A stretch of DNA of 64,000 nt from the human T2T-CHM13v2.0 reference genome, Homo sapiens, in assembly GCF_009914755.1 (NCBI RefSeq), contig NC_060935.1. The stretch is one strand, 5' to 3'. Made by a program: the position numbers and the translations under genes. Every line of letters begins with the position of its first letter. Within the stretch, counting starts at the first letter, position 1. The notes below the pieces were generated by a model. That model worked only from the letters and a program-made list of their open reading frames with translations, was not told the DNA's origin and ran no database searches. Below, in pieces: positions 13,353-26,469 of this stretch.

Positions 13353-14241
13353 TACTATTAACATATTAGAACAAATGAATAATTTTAGCTTTCCATTGAA
13401 TATACAGTCAATGTACAAAACATAAACTGAGTTTTTATATACTATCAACAGATAGAAGCAAATAGAAAATAAAATTTAAAAATATATTAGTACCACAAAA
13501 CACCATGTATCTATGAATGAATTTTTTAAAATGCTTTCCAGACCTCTACATGAAAAGTTCTCTAAAGTATTCCTCAGATAAATTAAAGAACACTAAATAA
13601 ATGAAGAGGTAACTCTACTACAAAGTTGTCAATTCTCTCCAAATTTATCTATACATTCAATGCAATTCCAATCAAATTTGTAGTTTGTACTTTTTAAATC
13701 AATAAGCTGAACTGAAAGTTTATGTGAAAAGCTAAATGAGTTGGAATGGTCTAGACTCTCTATCTTGAAAAATAATAAATCTGACATAGTTACAGCACCA
13801 GCATTTAAGTTGTACCATAAAACTACAATTACTAAGACAGTGGAGTATTAGAGCGAAGACAGACAAATGAACCAATTAAACTTAATAAAGAAACACACCC
13901 ATAGTTAAATATTCACTTGAATCATGGCATAGATTTCACTGTAACTTAGTGGAGGATTAGATGATTTTAACAAATGTCCTATAAAAAGTGAATATGTGTA
14001 GTGAAAAATAATGAACCATGACTTTTACCTTGTACAGTATACATAACCGAAGTTGACATGTATCATAAGTCTAAATGTGAAAGTTAGAATACCAAAACTT
14101 TTAGAAAAAATATTTTCTGACTTTTCAGTACACATCAATTTCTGAAGCAGGACACAAAATTTACTACATATAAAAATGACTAATAAGGTAGCTTTCATTA
14201 AAATTAAGAACATCTATCTACCATATAGCATCAGTTTAGTA

Positions 14242-14836
14242 TAGTAAGTACTCACTTAACATTGTTGATAGCTTCTTGGAAACTGTGACTTTAACTGAAA
14301 AATCATATAACAAAATGAATTCTAACATAAGCTAATTGAAACAAACAAGAGTTAAGTTCCTATTGCATATTTTTGGACACAGAAACATCACCAAACTTCT
14401 AAGCAAGACCAAAATGCTTCTGATATTAAACATTGAAATAAATGTTAACAATGCATACATTTAAGAAAGAGGAATTAAAAACAAATAAGATAGCTATTAA
14501 TCATTCCAGTTCAGGGTAATGGATGGCAGAAACTTATCAGCAGCTCAGGGTGCAAGGCAGAAACTAATCTTGGATAGGATGCTATGCCATGGTAGGGTCA
14601 CTCACACACATCCACCCTTACTCAGTCTGGGACCATTTATACACACCAATTCACCTAACGTGCTCATTTTGGGGATAAGAGAAGAATTTAGTTACCTGGA
14701 GAAAACTCACACAGATGTGGGGAGAACATGCCAACTCCACACAGGCAGTAACCTTAGCTGGAAATCAATTTTATTTTCTCATTAGTGTTATAATAAAAGG
14801 ACATTGAACAAAATGATGTTATTTGAGGACCTACTG
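14242..14836. mobile_element. MER82 (TcMar-Tigger) DNA transposon
   Basis: Starts agtaagtactcacttaacattgttgatagcttcttggaaactg; ends ttatttgaggacctactg-ta. Confidence 0.88.
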
Positions 14837-15480
14837 TATATGAAAAGTCAAGCCCAAAACTGTGAGAATATAACATCACTGCACATATCTGACAAATGAC
14901 TAAAATTGATGACATACAAATAATTAGTAAGCATCAATTAAAATAAGACCAACAACATAATACAAATATTGGGCAAGATATATAAAAGAAGTTCTGCCTA
15001 AGAGAAGATATCTAGAGGCTCCTATATGAAAATGGGCACAACCAGAAAATGAATAACAAATAGAATTATGCAGTTCATACTAATGGGAAGGTTGTGTGAT
15101 TTGTATATATGTGAAATTCTTCAAACTCACTAAAAACTATAGAAATGCAAATTAATATAGTAATTTACAATTCTCCATACAGTATAGGGAAGTGTGTGAA
15201 GAATAAAGCATTCACATATTGCTATGGAAATATAAATGAATACAACTTCTTTAGAAGATAGCTTCGATCAAAATAATCATGTTTATATTCTGACACAGAA
15301 ATTCTACTTTTGGACAATTTATTACTATAGAAACTTATTACTATAGAAACTTCAAAACTTGAAAATAAAAAGTTACCTGAAATTAAAAAGTTTTATTATT
15401 GCATTGCTTATAACAATTATAGAATAGAAACAGTATCTGTGTACATCAATAAAATTTGTTTAATGAAATAATGCTAATCC

Positions 15481-15875
15481 CATGTTCTCACTTATTTGTG
15501 GGATCTAAGAAATCAAAACAATTAAACTAATTACATAGAGAGTAGAAGGATGGTTACTGGAGGTTGGGAAGAGTAATGGCGTTGGGGTTGCAGTGGGGAG
15601 GTGGGGATGGTTAATGGGTACCACAAAATAGAAGGAATGAATAAGACCTACTCTTTGATAGCACAACAGGGTGACTATAGTCAATAATAATTTAATTGTA
15701 CTTTTAAAAATAACTAAAAGAATATACTTAGATTGTTTGTAACACAAAGAATAAATGCCGGAGGGGATGGATACACCACTCACCATGATGTGATTATTAT
15801 GCACTGCATGCCAGTATCAAAACATCTTATGCACCCCATAAAAATACACACCTAAGCACCCACAAAAATTAAAAT
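15481..15875 (+). mobile_element. L1MA2/3-like 3' end (5'-truncated)
   Basis: catgttctcacttatttgtggg...gatagcacaacagggtgactatagtcaataataattt...cccacaaaaattaaaat; degenerate TSD ataatgctaatcc / atagtgctaattcc. Confidence 0.85.
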
Positions 15876-15919
15876 ATAGTGCTAATTCCATACAGAACTG
15901 ACATTCAGTTTGATAAACA

Positions 15920-16225
15920 TCAGCATTTGTTTACAAATGTTTCTTCACATTCTGCTCTTGCCCTGATGCCCCTGAGTCATACACTTTGCTTTAGCCAGTG
16001 ATGTGTAAGCAGGCATAAAGCTCTAAATACAATGTGTGGTTAGGCAAACTCTCTTGCATTCCTAACATCCACAGTGAGAACATTTCCTCTTTAACCCTAG
16101 TCACTAGAGTAAGAAACACTAAAGCTATATGAACTCAAAATCAGTGAATCTGTAAACTCAGGAATGAGAAATAAATGCTTGAAATTATAAGCTATTGAAA
16201 TTGTTGTTTTGTGGCACTATTACAC
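15920..16225 (+). mobile_element. Old MLT1-type LTR fragment
   Basis: Ends gaatgagaaataaatgcttg...ataagctattgaaattgttgttttgtggcactatta. Confidence 0.55.
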
Positions 16226-16829
16226 CCATGTTTGTTTTGAGTGTTCAGGCAGTCATTCTGATTGGACAGTGTTTGTACTGATTATTAATTATTTTAAATA
16301 AAAACCATGCATATCTATAATGAAATACAATTTAATATTATGGGATAGAAAGATTTATATATGCTTAATAGAAATATATTCAGAATTTAATTTTAGGTGA
16401 TAAAATACAATGTAGAAATGTGAATGTCTTTATATTTGAATGTGCATTTTAATGTGTGAAGGTGAGTCTTTGTAAAGAAATATTTTGGAAATGTATACAA
16501 GATAATACTTAAAATGACTTATTCTAAAGTGTTTAAAAGAGATCTGTTATCTGCTACTCTTAATACTTTTCAAAACATTTCAAACACATGCATACATTAT
16601 TTCTTCAATAACATATGTAATATTTTAAAGTGAACAAAAAGCAGCAAAACACTGAGATTGGTTAAGAACACTGAAGAATGTTAAAGTTTTAATTAGATAA
16701 TTAAAAATAGACTGTGCCTGTTAGTCTTAGCTGTATGAACTAAATTGCAATTTATAAAATACATTGTTGTAAAGGAATTCAGTTGAGATATTGTCCTAAT
16801 TTCCCTTTGTTATTATACATCCACAGTTG

Positions 16830-16945
16830 ATACTTACTGAGTAGCACAAACCAGGAAATTTGCAGAGTACTTAACATGCATTACCTTATTTAATACAGTA
16901 TCTTTTGAAGTAAGTGTATGAATAACCATGGTTTACAGATAATTT
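16830..16945 (-). mobile_element. MIR fragment
   Basis: tacttactgag...acatgcattaccttatttaat...tttacagat. Confidence 0.55.
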
Positions 16946-17344
16946 TTAATATCAAAATATTTTCTTGAGATATGCTTACTAAGTAACCACTTTTTTCTGA
17001 GTCACTGCATCTTCTTTTAGTGATGTTTAAAATGTATAGTATAAAAATAGCACAAAGAATGCAAAACTGTATTCCTTCTTGGATATACGTTCACTGTGTG
17101 AATCTCTAAACACAATTTTTGCTATTACTGAGTAAGTGAGGCATGCTAACAACACCTCTAGTCTGTCATCTTCAGCTTGATTTCACAGGGAGCCCGGAAG
17201 CCTAACTTTTACCACAAAATTGGTCGCAATTTGAGTCAAAGGGCCTGACTTCTGTATGCCAGTGTCAGTCTGTCATTGTGTGCTTTCCCTGGGCAATGAA
17301 GAGAACTTCTCAGGCAAATGGTTCTCATTTAGCTAGAAGAAATT

Positions 17345-17560
17345 AGATCTGTAGATCAGAAATCTGAATAGGTCTCACTGGCTAAAATCAAGCTGTTGTC
17401 AAGGTGCTGCATTCTGGTGGTTCTAGGGGAGAATGTATGTCCTTGAATGTCACAGCTTCTAGAGGCTGGCCATGTCCAGTGGCTCACAGCCTCTCTTCCT
17501 TCTCAAAGCCAGCAATAATAGGATAAGTTCTTCTCACATGATATCACTGACATTCTGACG
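17345..17560 (-). mobile_element. MLT1C/D-like LTR fragment
   Basis: ggtctcactggctaaaatcaag...tctaggggagaat...cagcttctagaggctg...caaagccagcaat. Confidence 0.75.
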
Positions 17561-20208
17561 ATAGAAATCAATTCCAAGGGGAACTCTTGAAGCTATGCAA
17601 ATCCATAAAAATTAAAGAAAATGATCCAAAATAATCCTGAATGACTTGGAATCAACAACAAGATTAAGGTGAAATTTTTTAAAAAAATTCAAAATGAATA
17701 AAAATGAAGACACGATATACCGAAGTCTCTGGGATACAAGAGATCAGTGTTAAGAGGGAAGTTTATAGCCTAAATGCCTATGTCAAAAAATAGAAAGATT
17801 ACAAATTAACAACCTAATATCACACCTTAAGGAACTAGAAAAACAAGAACAAGCCAAGCCTGAAGCTAGCAGAAGAAAAGAAATAACAAAAATCAGAGCA
17901 GAACTAAATGAAATTGAGACCAAAAAAAAAAAATACAAAAGATAAATGAAATGAAAAAAATGGTTCTTTGAAAAAATATATAAAATTGAAATACCACTAG
18001 CTGGACTGAGGAAGATAAGAAGAGAGAAGATTTAAATAAGCACAACTGGAAATTTTGCCCAAAAAATAGTACATTGCAACAGATACCATAAAAATACAAA
18101 AGATCATCAAAGACTATTATGAACTTTTCTATGCTAACAAACTAGAATACCTATAGGAAATTGATAAATTCCTGAAAACATACAACTTCACAAGACTGAA
18201 TGAGAAAGAAATATAAATTCTGAACAGACCAATAGTAAATAATAAGATTGAATCTGTAATATAAAATCTCCTAAAAAAAAAAAAAAAAGCCCAGGATGAG
18301 ACGGATTTACAGTTGAATTCTACCAGTCGTACAAGAAGAAATAGTAACAATACTACTGAAAGTTTTCAAAAAAACTAAAGAGAAGGGAATTCTCCTTAAC
18401 TCATTTTACAAAGCCAGTATCACTCTAATACCAATACCAGGTAAGTACACAATAAGAAAAGAAAACTATTGCCAATGTCCCTGATGAACATAGATGCAAA
18501 GATCCTCAAGGAAACTAGCAAACAGAATACAACTGGACATCAAAAAGATAATGCACCCTGTTCCAGTGAGTTTTATTCCAGGGATGCAAAGGTTATTGCA
18601 CATACACAAATTAATAAATTTGATTCATCACATAAATTTTTTTAAAAATATAATCTTCTCAAGATATGCAGAAATAGCATTTGATTACATTCAAAATCCC
18701 TTCAGGATAAAAACCCTCAACCAACTTGGAATAAAAGCAACACACTCAAAACAATAAAAGACATATAAAACAAACCCACAGCCAACATCATACTGAATGG
18801 GGAAAAATGGAAAGCATTCCCCCTAAGAACTGGAATAAAACAAGGATGCCCATTTTTGCCACTCCTATTTAATATAATACTCAAAGTTCTAGGCAGGCCA
18901 ATCAGGTAATGGAAAGAAATAAAATGCATTCAAATTGGAAATAGTAAATAAAATTATCTCTGTTTGCTGATAATATGATCTTATACGTACAAAACCCTAA
19001 AGAATCCTCAATTTGATAAATAAATTCAGTAAAATTTCAGGAGACAAAATTGTGTGCAAAAATCAATAGCATTTCTATACACCAATAATGATCAAGCTGA
19101 GAGCCAAATTAAGAAGTCAGTCGCATTTACAATAGCTAACACAAAACAATAAAACACCTAGGAACACATTTAGCCAAGAAAGTGAAAGATAGCTACAGAG
19201 AAAACTACAAAATGCTAATAAAAGAAATTGTTGATGACACAAACAAATGTAAAAACATGGCATGCTCATGGATCAGAAGAAATATCATTGAAATAACCAT
19301 ACTTCCCAGAGCAATATGCAGATTCAGTGTAATCCCTATCAAAATACAATACATTCAATGCAATGCCATTTTCCACAAAATCATAAAAAAAAATCTAAAA
19401 TTCATATGGAACCCCCCAAAAAAGTCTGACTATCCAAAGCAATCCTAAGCAAAAAACAAAACTGGAGGCATCATATTACCTGACACCAGATTATACTTCA
19501 AGGTGATAGTAACCAAAACAGCATGGTACTGATATAAAAATAGACACATAGATTTATGTAATAGAATAGAGAACACAGAGATAAAGCCTCTTATCAACAG
19601 CCATCTTATTTTCAACACAGTTGACAAAAATATACACTGGGAAAAGGCCACCCTATTCAATAAATGGTGCTGGGAAAATTAAATAACCATATGCAGAAGA
19701 ATGTAACTGGACCCCTATATCTTACTATATACCAAAGTCAGCTCAAGATGAAAAAAAGACTTAAATATAAGAACTAAAACTACAAGAATTCTAAAAGAAA
19801 ACCTAGAAAAACTCTTCTGAACGTTGGCCTAGGCAAATAATTCATGACTAAGACCTCAGAAGCAAACTCAACAATAACATAATAGACAAACAGAATTTAA
19901 ACTAAAAATCTTCTGAAAAGCAAAAGAAATAATCAGCAGAGTGACCAAACAACCTACGAAATGGCAGAAAATACTAACAAATTATGCCTCTGACAAAGGA
20001 CTAATATCAAGAATCTACAAGGAACTCAAACAACAACACAACTACAACAAAAACCTCATTAAAAAGTGGTAAAAAGACATGAAGAGACATTTTGCAAAAG
20101 AAGGCATACAAACGGCCAAAAAAATTTAAAAAATGCTTAACATGACTAATCACAGAAATGCATATCAAAACCACAACGAGACGCCTTTTTATACCAGACA
20201 GAATGGCT

Positions 20209-20532
20209 TTCATTTATTTATTTATTTATTTTATTTTTGAGACGGAGTCTCTCTCGGTTGCCCAGGCTGTAGTGCAGTGGCGTGATCTCGGCTCACTGCA
20301 AGCTCCGCTTCCCGGATTCACGCCATTCTCCTGCCTCAGCCTCCTGAGTAGCTGGGACTACAGGCGCCCCCTACCACTCCCAGCTAATTTTTTTTTTTTT
20401 TTTTTTTTGTATTTTTAGTAGAGACAGAGTTTCACTGTTAGCCAGGATGGTCTGGATCTCCTGACCTCGTGATCCGTCCGCCTTGGCCTCCCAAAGTGCT
20501 GAGATTACAGGCGTGAGCCACCGTGCCCGGCC
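20209..20532 (-). mobile_element. AluY inserted in the tail of the nested L1MA
   Basis: Full dimer with gcaagctccg...ttcacgccattc; (TTTA)n tail; expanded middle T-run. Confidence 0.93.
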
Positions 20533-22053
20533 TATTATTTATTTTTATTTTTAACTGTTGTGGGTACACAGTAGGTGAATTTATTCACGGGTTACATAAA
20601 ATATGTTCATACAAGCATACAACGCATAATAATCATGTCAGGGAAAATGAGGTATTCATCATCTCCAGCATTTATCCTTTGTGTTACAACAATCCAAATA
20701 CACTATTCTGGTTATTTTTAAATGTACAATTAATTATTATTGACTATTGTCACCCTTGTTGTGCTAGCAAGCACTAGGTCTCATTTATTCTTTCCAACCC
20801 TCTTTTTCTACTTATCAAACATCCCCACTTCCCCCCACCATCTTACAACCCTTCCCTACCTCTGATAACAGTCTTTCTACTCTCTATCTCCATGATTTCA
20901 ATTATGTTCATTTTTAGCTCCTACAAATAAGTAAGAACAGGAAAAGTTTGTCTTTTTGTACCTGGCTTATTTCATTTAACATAATGACCTCCAGTTCCAT
21001 CTATGTTGTTGCAAATTATAGGAACTCATTCTTCTTCATGGCTGAATAGTAAACCATTGTTTATATGTACCACATTTTCTTTATCCATTTATCTGTCACT
21101 CCCAAATCTTGGCTTTTGTGAATAGTGTCACAATAAACAGAGAAGTGCAGGTATCTCTTCAGTATTCTGATCTCTTTTCTTTTGGGTATACATCTAAAAG
21201 TAAGATTGTTAGATCATATGGCAGCTCTATTTTTAGTCTTTTGAGGAACTTCTAAACGATTCTCCATAGTGTTTGTACTAATTTACATCACCACCAACAG
21301 CATAACAGGGTTCCCTTTCCTCCACATCCTTGCCAGCATTTGTTATAGCCTGACTTTCCAATAAAAGCTATTCTAACTGGAATGAGATGACATCTCATTT
21401 TAGCTTTATTTGCATTTCTCTGATGATCATAAATGTCGAGCACTTTTTCATATATATCTTTACCATGCTAATGTTCTTTTTAGAAATGTCTATTCAGACC
21501 TTTTGCCCATTTTTAAAATGAGATTGTTAGATATTTTTGCTATAGAGGTGTTTGAACTCCTTATATATTCTAGTTATTAATCCCTTGTCAGATGGGTAGT
21601 TTGCAAATATTTTCTCGCATTCTGTTAGTCGTCTTTTCAATTTGTCAATTGTGTCCTTCTCAGTGCAGAAGCTATTAAACTTGATGTATCCCATTTGCCC
21701 ATTTTTGCTTTGATTATCTGTGCTTGTAGGGTATTATTCAAGAAATCTTTGTCCAGACCAATGTTCTGGAGAGTTTCCCCCAATGTTTTCTTTTAGTATT
21801 TTCATAGTTCAAGGTCTTAGATTTCAGTTTTTCTTCCATTTTGATTTGATTTTTCTATACTGTGAGAGATAGGGGTCTAGTTTCATTCTTTTGCACATCA
21901 ATAACCAGTTTCCCTAGCACCGTTTATTGAAGAGACTGCCCTTTCCCCAATTTATGTCCTTGACACTTTTGTCAAAAATGAGTCCACTCTAGAAATATAG
22001 ATTTACATCTGGGTTATCTAGTCTATTCCACTGATCTATGTGTCTGTTTTCAT
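20533..22053 (-). mobile_element. L1MA2/3-like 3' 1.5 kb nested antisense in the L1PB
   Basis: tgtgggtacacagtaggtg...ttgactattgtcaccc 3'UTR then ORF2 C-terminus; TSD cagaatggctt at ~20199 and ~22054. Confidence 0.88.
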
Positions 22054-22063
22054 CAGAATGGCT

Positions 22064-22369
22064 TTTTTTTTTTTTTTTTTTTTTTTTTGAGATGGAGTGT
22101 CATTCTGTCACCTAGGCTGGAGTGCAGTGGTGTGATCTCAGCTCACTGAAACCTTTGGTTTCCCAGTTCAAGTGATTCTCCTGTCTCAGCCTCCCAAGTA
22201 GCTGGGATTACAGGTGCCCACCACCACACCCAGCTAATTTTTGTATTTTTAGTAGAGAAAGTGTTTCACCTTACTGGCCAATCTGGTCTCAAACTCCTGA
22301 CCTAAAGTGATCTGCCTGCCTCGGCCTCTCAAAGTGCTAGGACTACAGGCATGAGCCACCACGCCCGGC
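22064..22369 (-). mobile_element. AluS (Sx/Sz-like)
   Basis: Full dimer with long poly-T; TSD agaatggct at 22055-22063 and 22372-22380. Confidence 0.92.
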
Positions 22370-23269
22370 CAAGAATGGCTATTACTATTGTAAAAGGTAA
22401 TAAGTAGATGTTGGTTAGAATGTGGAGAAGAAGGAATGTCTATACACTGTTGGTAGAAATGTAAATCAATAAAACTTCTATAGAAAACAATGTAGAGATT
22501 TCTCAAAGAACTAAAAATAGAACTATCATTCAATCCAACAATACCACTAGTGAAAACAAACAGTAATCGTTATATAAAAGAGATACCTGCGCTCATATAT
22601 TTATCACAACGCTATTCACAATAGCAAATGTATGGAACCAACCTAGGTGCCCATCAATGGATGCTTGGATAAAGAAAATCTATATATACGCCATGGAATA
22701 TTAGCCTTAAAAAATAATGAAATCATGTTTTGTGCAGCAACACAGATGGAACTAGAGGCCATTATCTTCGGTGAAATACCTCAGAAACGGAAGGTCAAAT
22801 AACACATGTTCTCACTTAGAAGTGGGACCAAACAATGTACCCACATGGACATGGAGAGCGGAATAATAGACACTGGAGACTCAGAAAAGTGGAAGATTGA
22901 GAGCAGGGTGAGGAATGAGAAATTACCTAATAAGTAAAATGTACACTACTTGGATGACATTTACACTAAAAGCCCAGGCGGGCTACACAATATATCCATG
23001 TAATAAAACTGTACTTATACCCAATACATCACCATTACCCATTATATCCATGTAACAAAACTGTACTTATTCCCACTAAAACTATGAAAATAAAAAATAA
23101 AATAAATGTGAAAAAAGAAACCTGCATACTGTTGCCAGGGATCTCACTGTTTTGTGCACCATCTCAAAAAGTTTTGAACATAAGGACCCAATCCAGTATT
23201 GAGCATTCCAGTCAGTTGTTACTTATTTCTGTTACACACAGGCCATATATTTGGGCCTGCAAATTACAG

Positions 23270-23540
23270 AGATGATACTGAGTCTTTCATTGTATCTTAT
23301 TGAATAGCATACCTGTAGAATTGTCCCATTAGTGATGCCTTCATCACATTGATGAAATCTCACCACAATGATGTCTGTGAAGCTTCTCCAATGTAAAGTT
23401 ACTGTTTTTATTCCCTTTAAATTAATACATATTTTGTGGGTATGTACTTTGAGACTATGTAAGATTGTATTCCTTATTCTACATTTACATGCTAGTTTTA
23501 GTGTCATTTAACATTATGTTGTGACTATGATGATTATCAA
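23270..23540 (-). mobile_element. L1MC4/5-like 3' fragment (probably resumes at ~25100-25350)
   Basis: ctccaatgtaaagttactgtttt...ttttgtgggtatgtactttgagactatg. Confidence 0.65.
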
Positions 23541-23554
23541 ATGAGGACTTCTTT

Positions 23555-25100
23555 AATGACAGGAAATTCACATAATGTAAAGTTAATTATTTTAATAAAA
23601 ATTTTGTGTTATTTAGAATAGTTAAGACAGTCACTATGTGGTGAAACCAACACTTCTATCTAGTTCTAAAATATTTTATCACCCCACCATGAAATTGTAT
23701 ACTCATTAGGCAGTAACTCCCCATTCTCTACTTCTCCTAACCTTGGCAAACATTGACCTGATTTCTGTGTTTATGGATTTGCTTATTCTGGATATTTTAT
23801 AAAAGTAGAATCATATAATACATGATCTTTTGTGTCTGGGTTCACTCACTTAGCAAAATGTTTTCAAAGTTCATTCACACTGTAGTATTTATCATTCTTT
23901 CATTCCTTTTCGTTGCTGAATAATATTCCACTGCATATGTATTTCACAATTCCATTGCATATGTATTTCACAATTTGTTTTGTACATTCAGCTGTTGATG
24001 CATAGTTGAGATATTTGGGTTGTTTCCCCCTTGGAACTATGGTGAATAATGCTGCTATAAACATTCATGTAACAGGGCCTGCTCCAATTTGTGTTCCGTC
24101 ATTTGGGGTATACACCTAGGAGTAAAATTTCTGGATCATATGGGAATTCTGTTTTAATTTTTGAGGAATAACAAAACTATTTTCTGCAATAGCTATACCA
24201 CTCCTTCCATCAATATATAGGGATTCCAATTTATCTGTATACTTATCAACATTTATTGTTTTTCTTTTTGATTCTAGTCATACTAGTCAGTGTTCAGCAG
24301 TATTTCATTGTGGTTTTCATTTGAATTTCCCCTGTGACTAATAATATTGAATATCTTTTCACATACTTGTTAGTCATTTCTATATCTTCTTCTGAGAAAT
24401 GCCCATTCACGTCCTTACTCTTCTTTTTAATGGATTATTTGTCTTTTCGGTGTTGACTTATAAAAGTTCTTTATATATTCTGATTATTAGACTCTTATCA
24501 GATACATGACATACAAATATTTTATCCTATTCTGTAGGTTGTCTTCTTTCTTGGTAGTTAACTTTGATGCACAAAAGTGTTTAATTTTGATAAAATCCAA
24601 TTTTTCTCTTCTTTTTTTTGTTCATGCTTTCAGTGTCATTTCTGATAAACCACTGCAAAATCCAATGTCATAAACATTTATGCCTATTTTTACAGTGTTT
24701 TTTGGTTTTAGCTTTTATACTTAAATCATTGACCTATTTTAAATTGATTGTTGAATATGCTTTAAGGTAAGGTAAGGGTCTATTTAGAGTTAAATTTTGT
24801 GTGTGGTATGAAATATGAGTCCAGTTTTATTAATATGTAGACATCTAGTTTCCTCAACACCATTTGGTACAGACTTTTCCTTACTTGTTGAATGGTCTTA
24901 GAATCTTTGTTGAAAATCAGTTGGCTGGCAGTGTCTAGGTTTAATTCCTCCATTCTAGTTCATTGGCCTATATATCTACCTTTATGGCAGTATCACACTG
25001 TTTATCATCTTTTGTAGTAATTTTTAAGTTTTGGGAGTATGAATCTCTGAATTTGTTCTTCTTTTTAAATATCATTCTGGCTATTCAGTGCCCCTTAAAA
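23555..25100 (-). mobile_element. L1MB-like 3' end plus ORF2 C-terminus
   Basis: ggatttgcttattctggatatttt, gaataatgctgctataaacattcatgt, tttgatgcacaaaagt. Confidence 0.85.
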
Positions 25101-25445
25101 TACAAGCATCTGTAGCTCCTTTTAATATGGAATAATTTTTAGAAAACAAAAAGTAAGCTCTAACTGTGCTCATTTCTGCTGAACTGCTTTTGCTTTTCAG
25201 GCCCTTTCAGTAAACAGTTAAAAAGGATATAAATTGAACCTCCTGCTTTAATCTAGTTTTCTTCTTTTCCATACCTGTACTTTTCTTCTTCAAGAGTGGG
25301 AAGGCTGTGGCTCATTATTCTCAATGCTATTGTCTTGTTCAAAATCCTGTATATAGCCAGTCTGCAGACCTAAGCTTCCACCTTGGCTGGATGCACCATT
25401 TGCTCAGGCCCTGACTCCCAAACGGCCTTCTCTCAGCTTGGACCC

Positions 25446-25801
25446 TGTGTTAGGTAGGTAGAGATGGCATGACAAAATACCACAGAGGGGGTGGCTTAAA
25501 TAACAGTAATTATTTTCTCACAGTTCTAGATGCTGAAGACCGAGATCAGGTTGTCGGCAGGTTTGGTTTCTCCTGTGGCCTCTATCCTTTGATTGGAGAT
25601 AGCCTTTGCTGCGTGAGTGCACATCCCAGGTATTTCCTCCTCTTCATATAAGGACACAGTTACATTGGATTGGAGCCCATCCTAAGAGCCTCATTTTTAA
25701 CTCAGTCCCCTCTTTAATGGCCCCAACTCCAAATTCAGTCACATTCTGGGACCTAAGGATTCAAAATATGAATTTGGGGAAGAAACAATTAGCCTAAAAC
25801 A
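25446..25801 (-). mobile_element. MLT1A-type LTR
   Basis: acaaaataccacaga..ggtggcttaaataacag..tttctcacagttctaga; ataaggacac...attggatt...cagtcacattctg. Confidence 0.82.
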
Positions 25802-26469
25802 AGGACCCTTCTGGTGCATTCTTGCCCTTGCCAGCTTGTCTTGCCACTCTGCTCTGATTCATTCCTCCATATGCTGCAGTCACTAATAGGTTGCCATGGA
25901 AAGCAGGACATTTCTTACAATTGTTATTTTTTAATATTGTCTACTGATTTATGTTGAGGAGATTTAAAGAAGTTTGAACCTTAAAGAAAGAAGGGGGAAA
26001 TGTTGGTAGACCTGTGGATAGAGACAAGTTAGTAGTAAGTTTATGAAGTAGGAAACATGTTGGGAAGATTTACAAAATAGTCCATTTGAATGCCTTTGAT
26101 TCTGCGACATTTGTCTATCTCTTGATTTATTTTTCTTTTAATTTTTCTTTCATTTTTTCCTTTTTTCTCACTAGTACTGATTGGCAGCTAGATATCTTAG
26201 TTATAATCACATCCTTTCAATTATTATTCCTGACAAGAGAAATATTAAAATTCTGCTTACCCAGGGATTGACTGAAAACATTTTAAATCTCATTTAGGTA
26301 TAGAGATATTGTATCATAGTCTACATTGGGTTGGTATATAAAGGGGTTTACATATTTTTTGAAGAAGACTTCCTTTGAAGAAAGTGTGCAGTATAAATAC
26401 AGACTATATTACTGTGGCAGAGGGCCTAGGTTTTTTATTTGGGTAAATGAATTATTTTAGAAATTCACT

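Larger units (their letters stand above)
12045..15465 (+). mobile_element. Old L1M (L1ME-like) ORF2/3' relic, interrupted by three DNA transposons
   Basis: accatgaccaagtagggtttatt, tcaatgcaattccaatcaaa, gaaatgcaaatta motifs in colinear order. Confidence 0.75.
17560..23115 (+). mobile_element. L1PB-type (L1PB4-like) ORF2 plus 3' end, with nested insertions at 20209-22370
   Basis: RT remnants (LANRIQ..IKKI...FIPGMQ in ORF 18494-18757); 3' end atagacactggagactcagaa...tacactaaaagcccag...atatccatgtaacaaaactg plus A-tail. Confidence 0.88.

Noticed and set aside
15583-15618. G-quadruplex-like motif
   Set aside because: Standard G-rich tract of L1 3'UTRs
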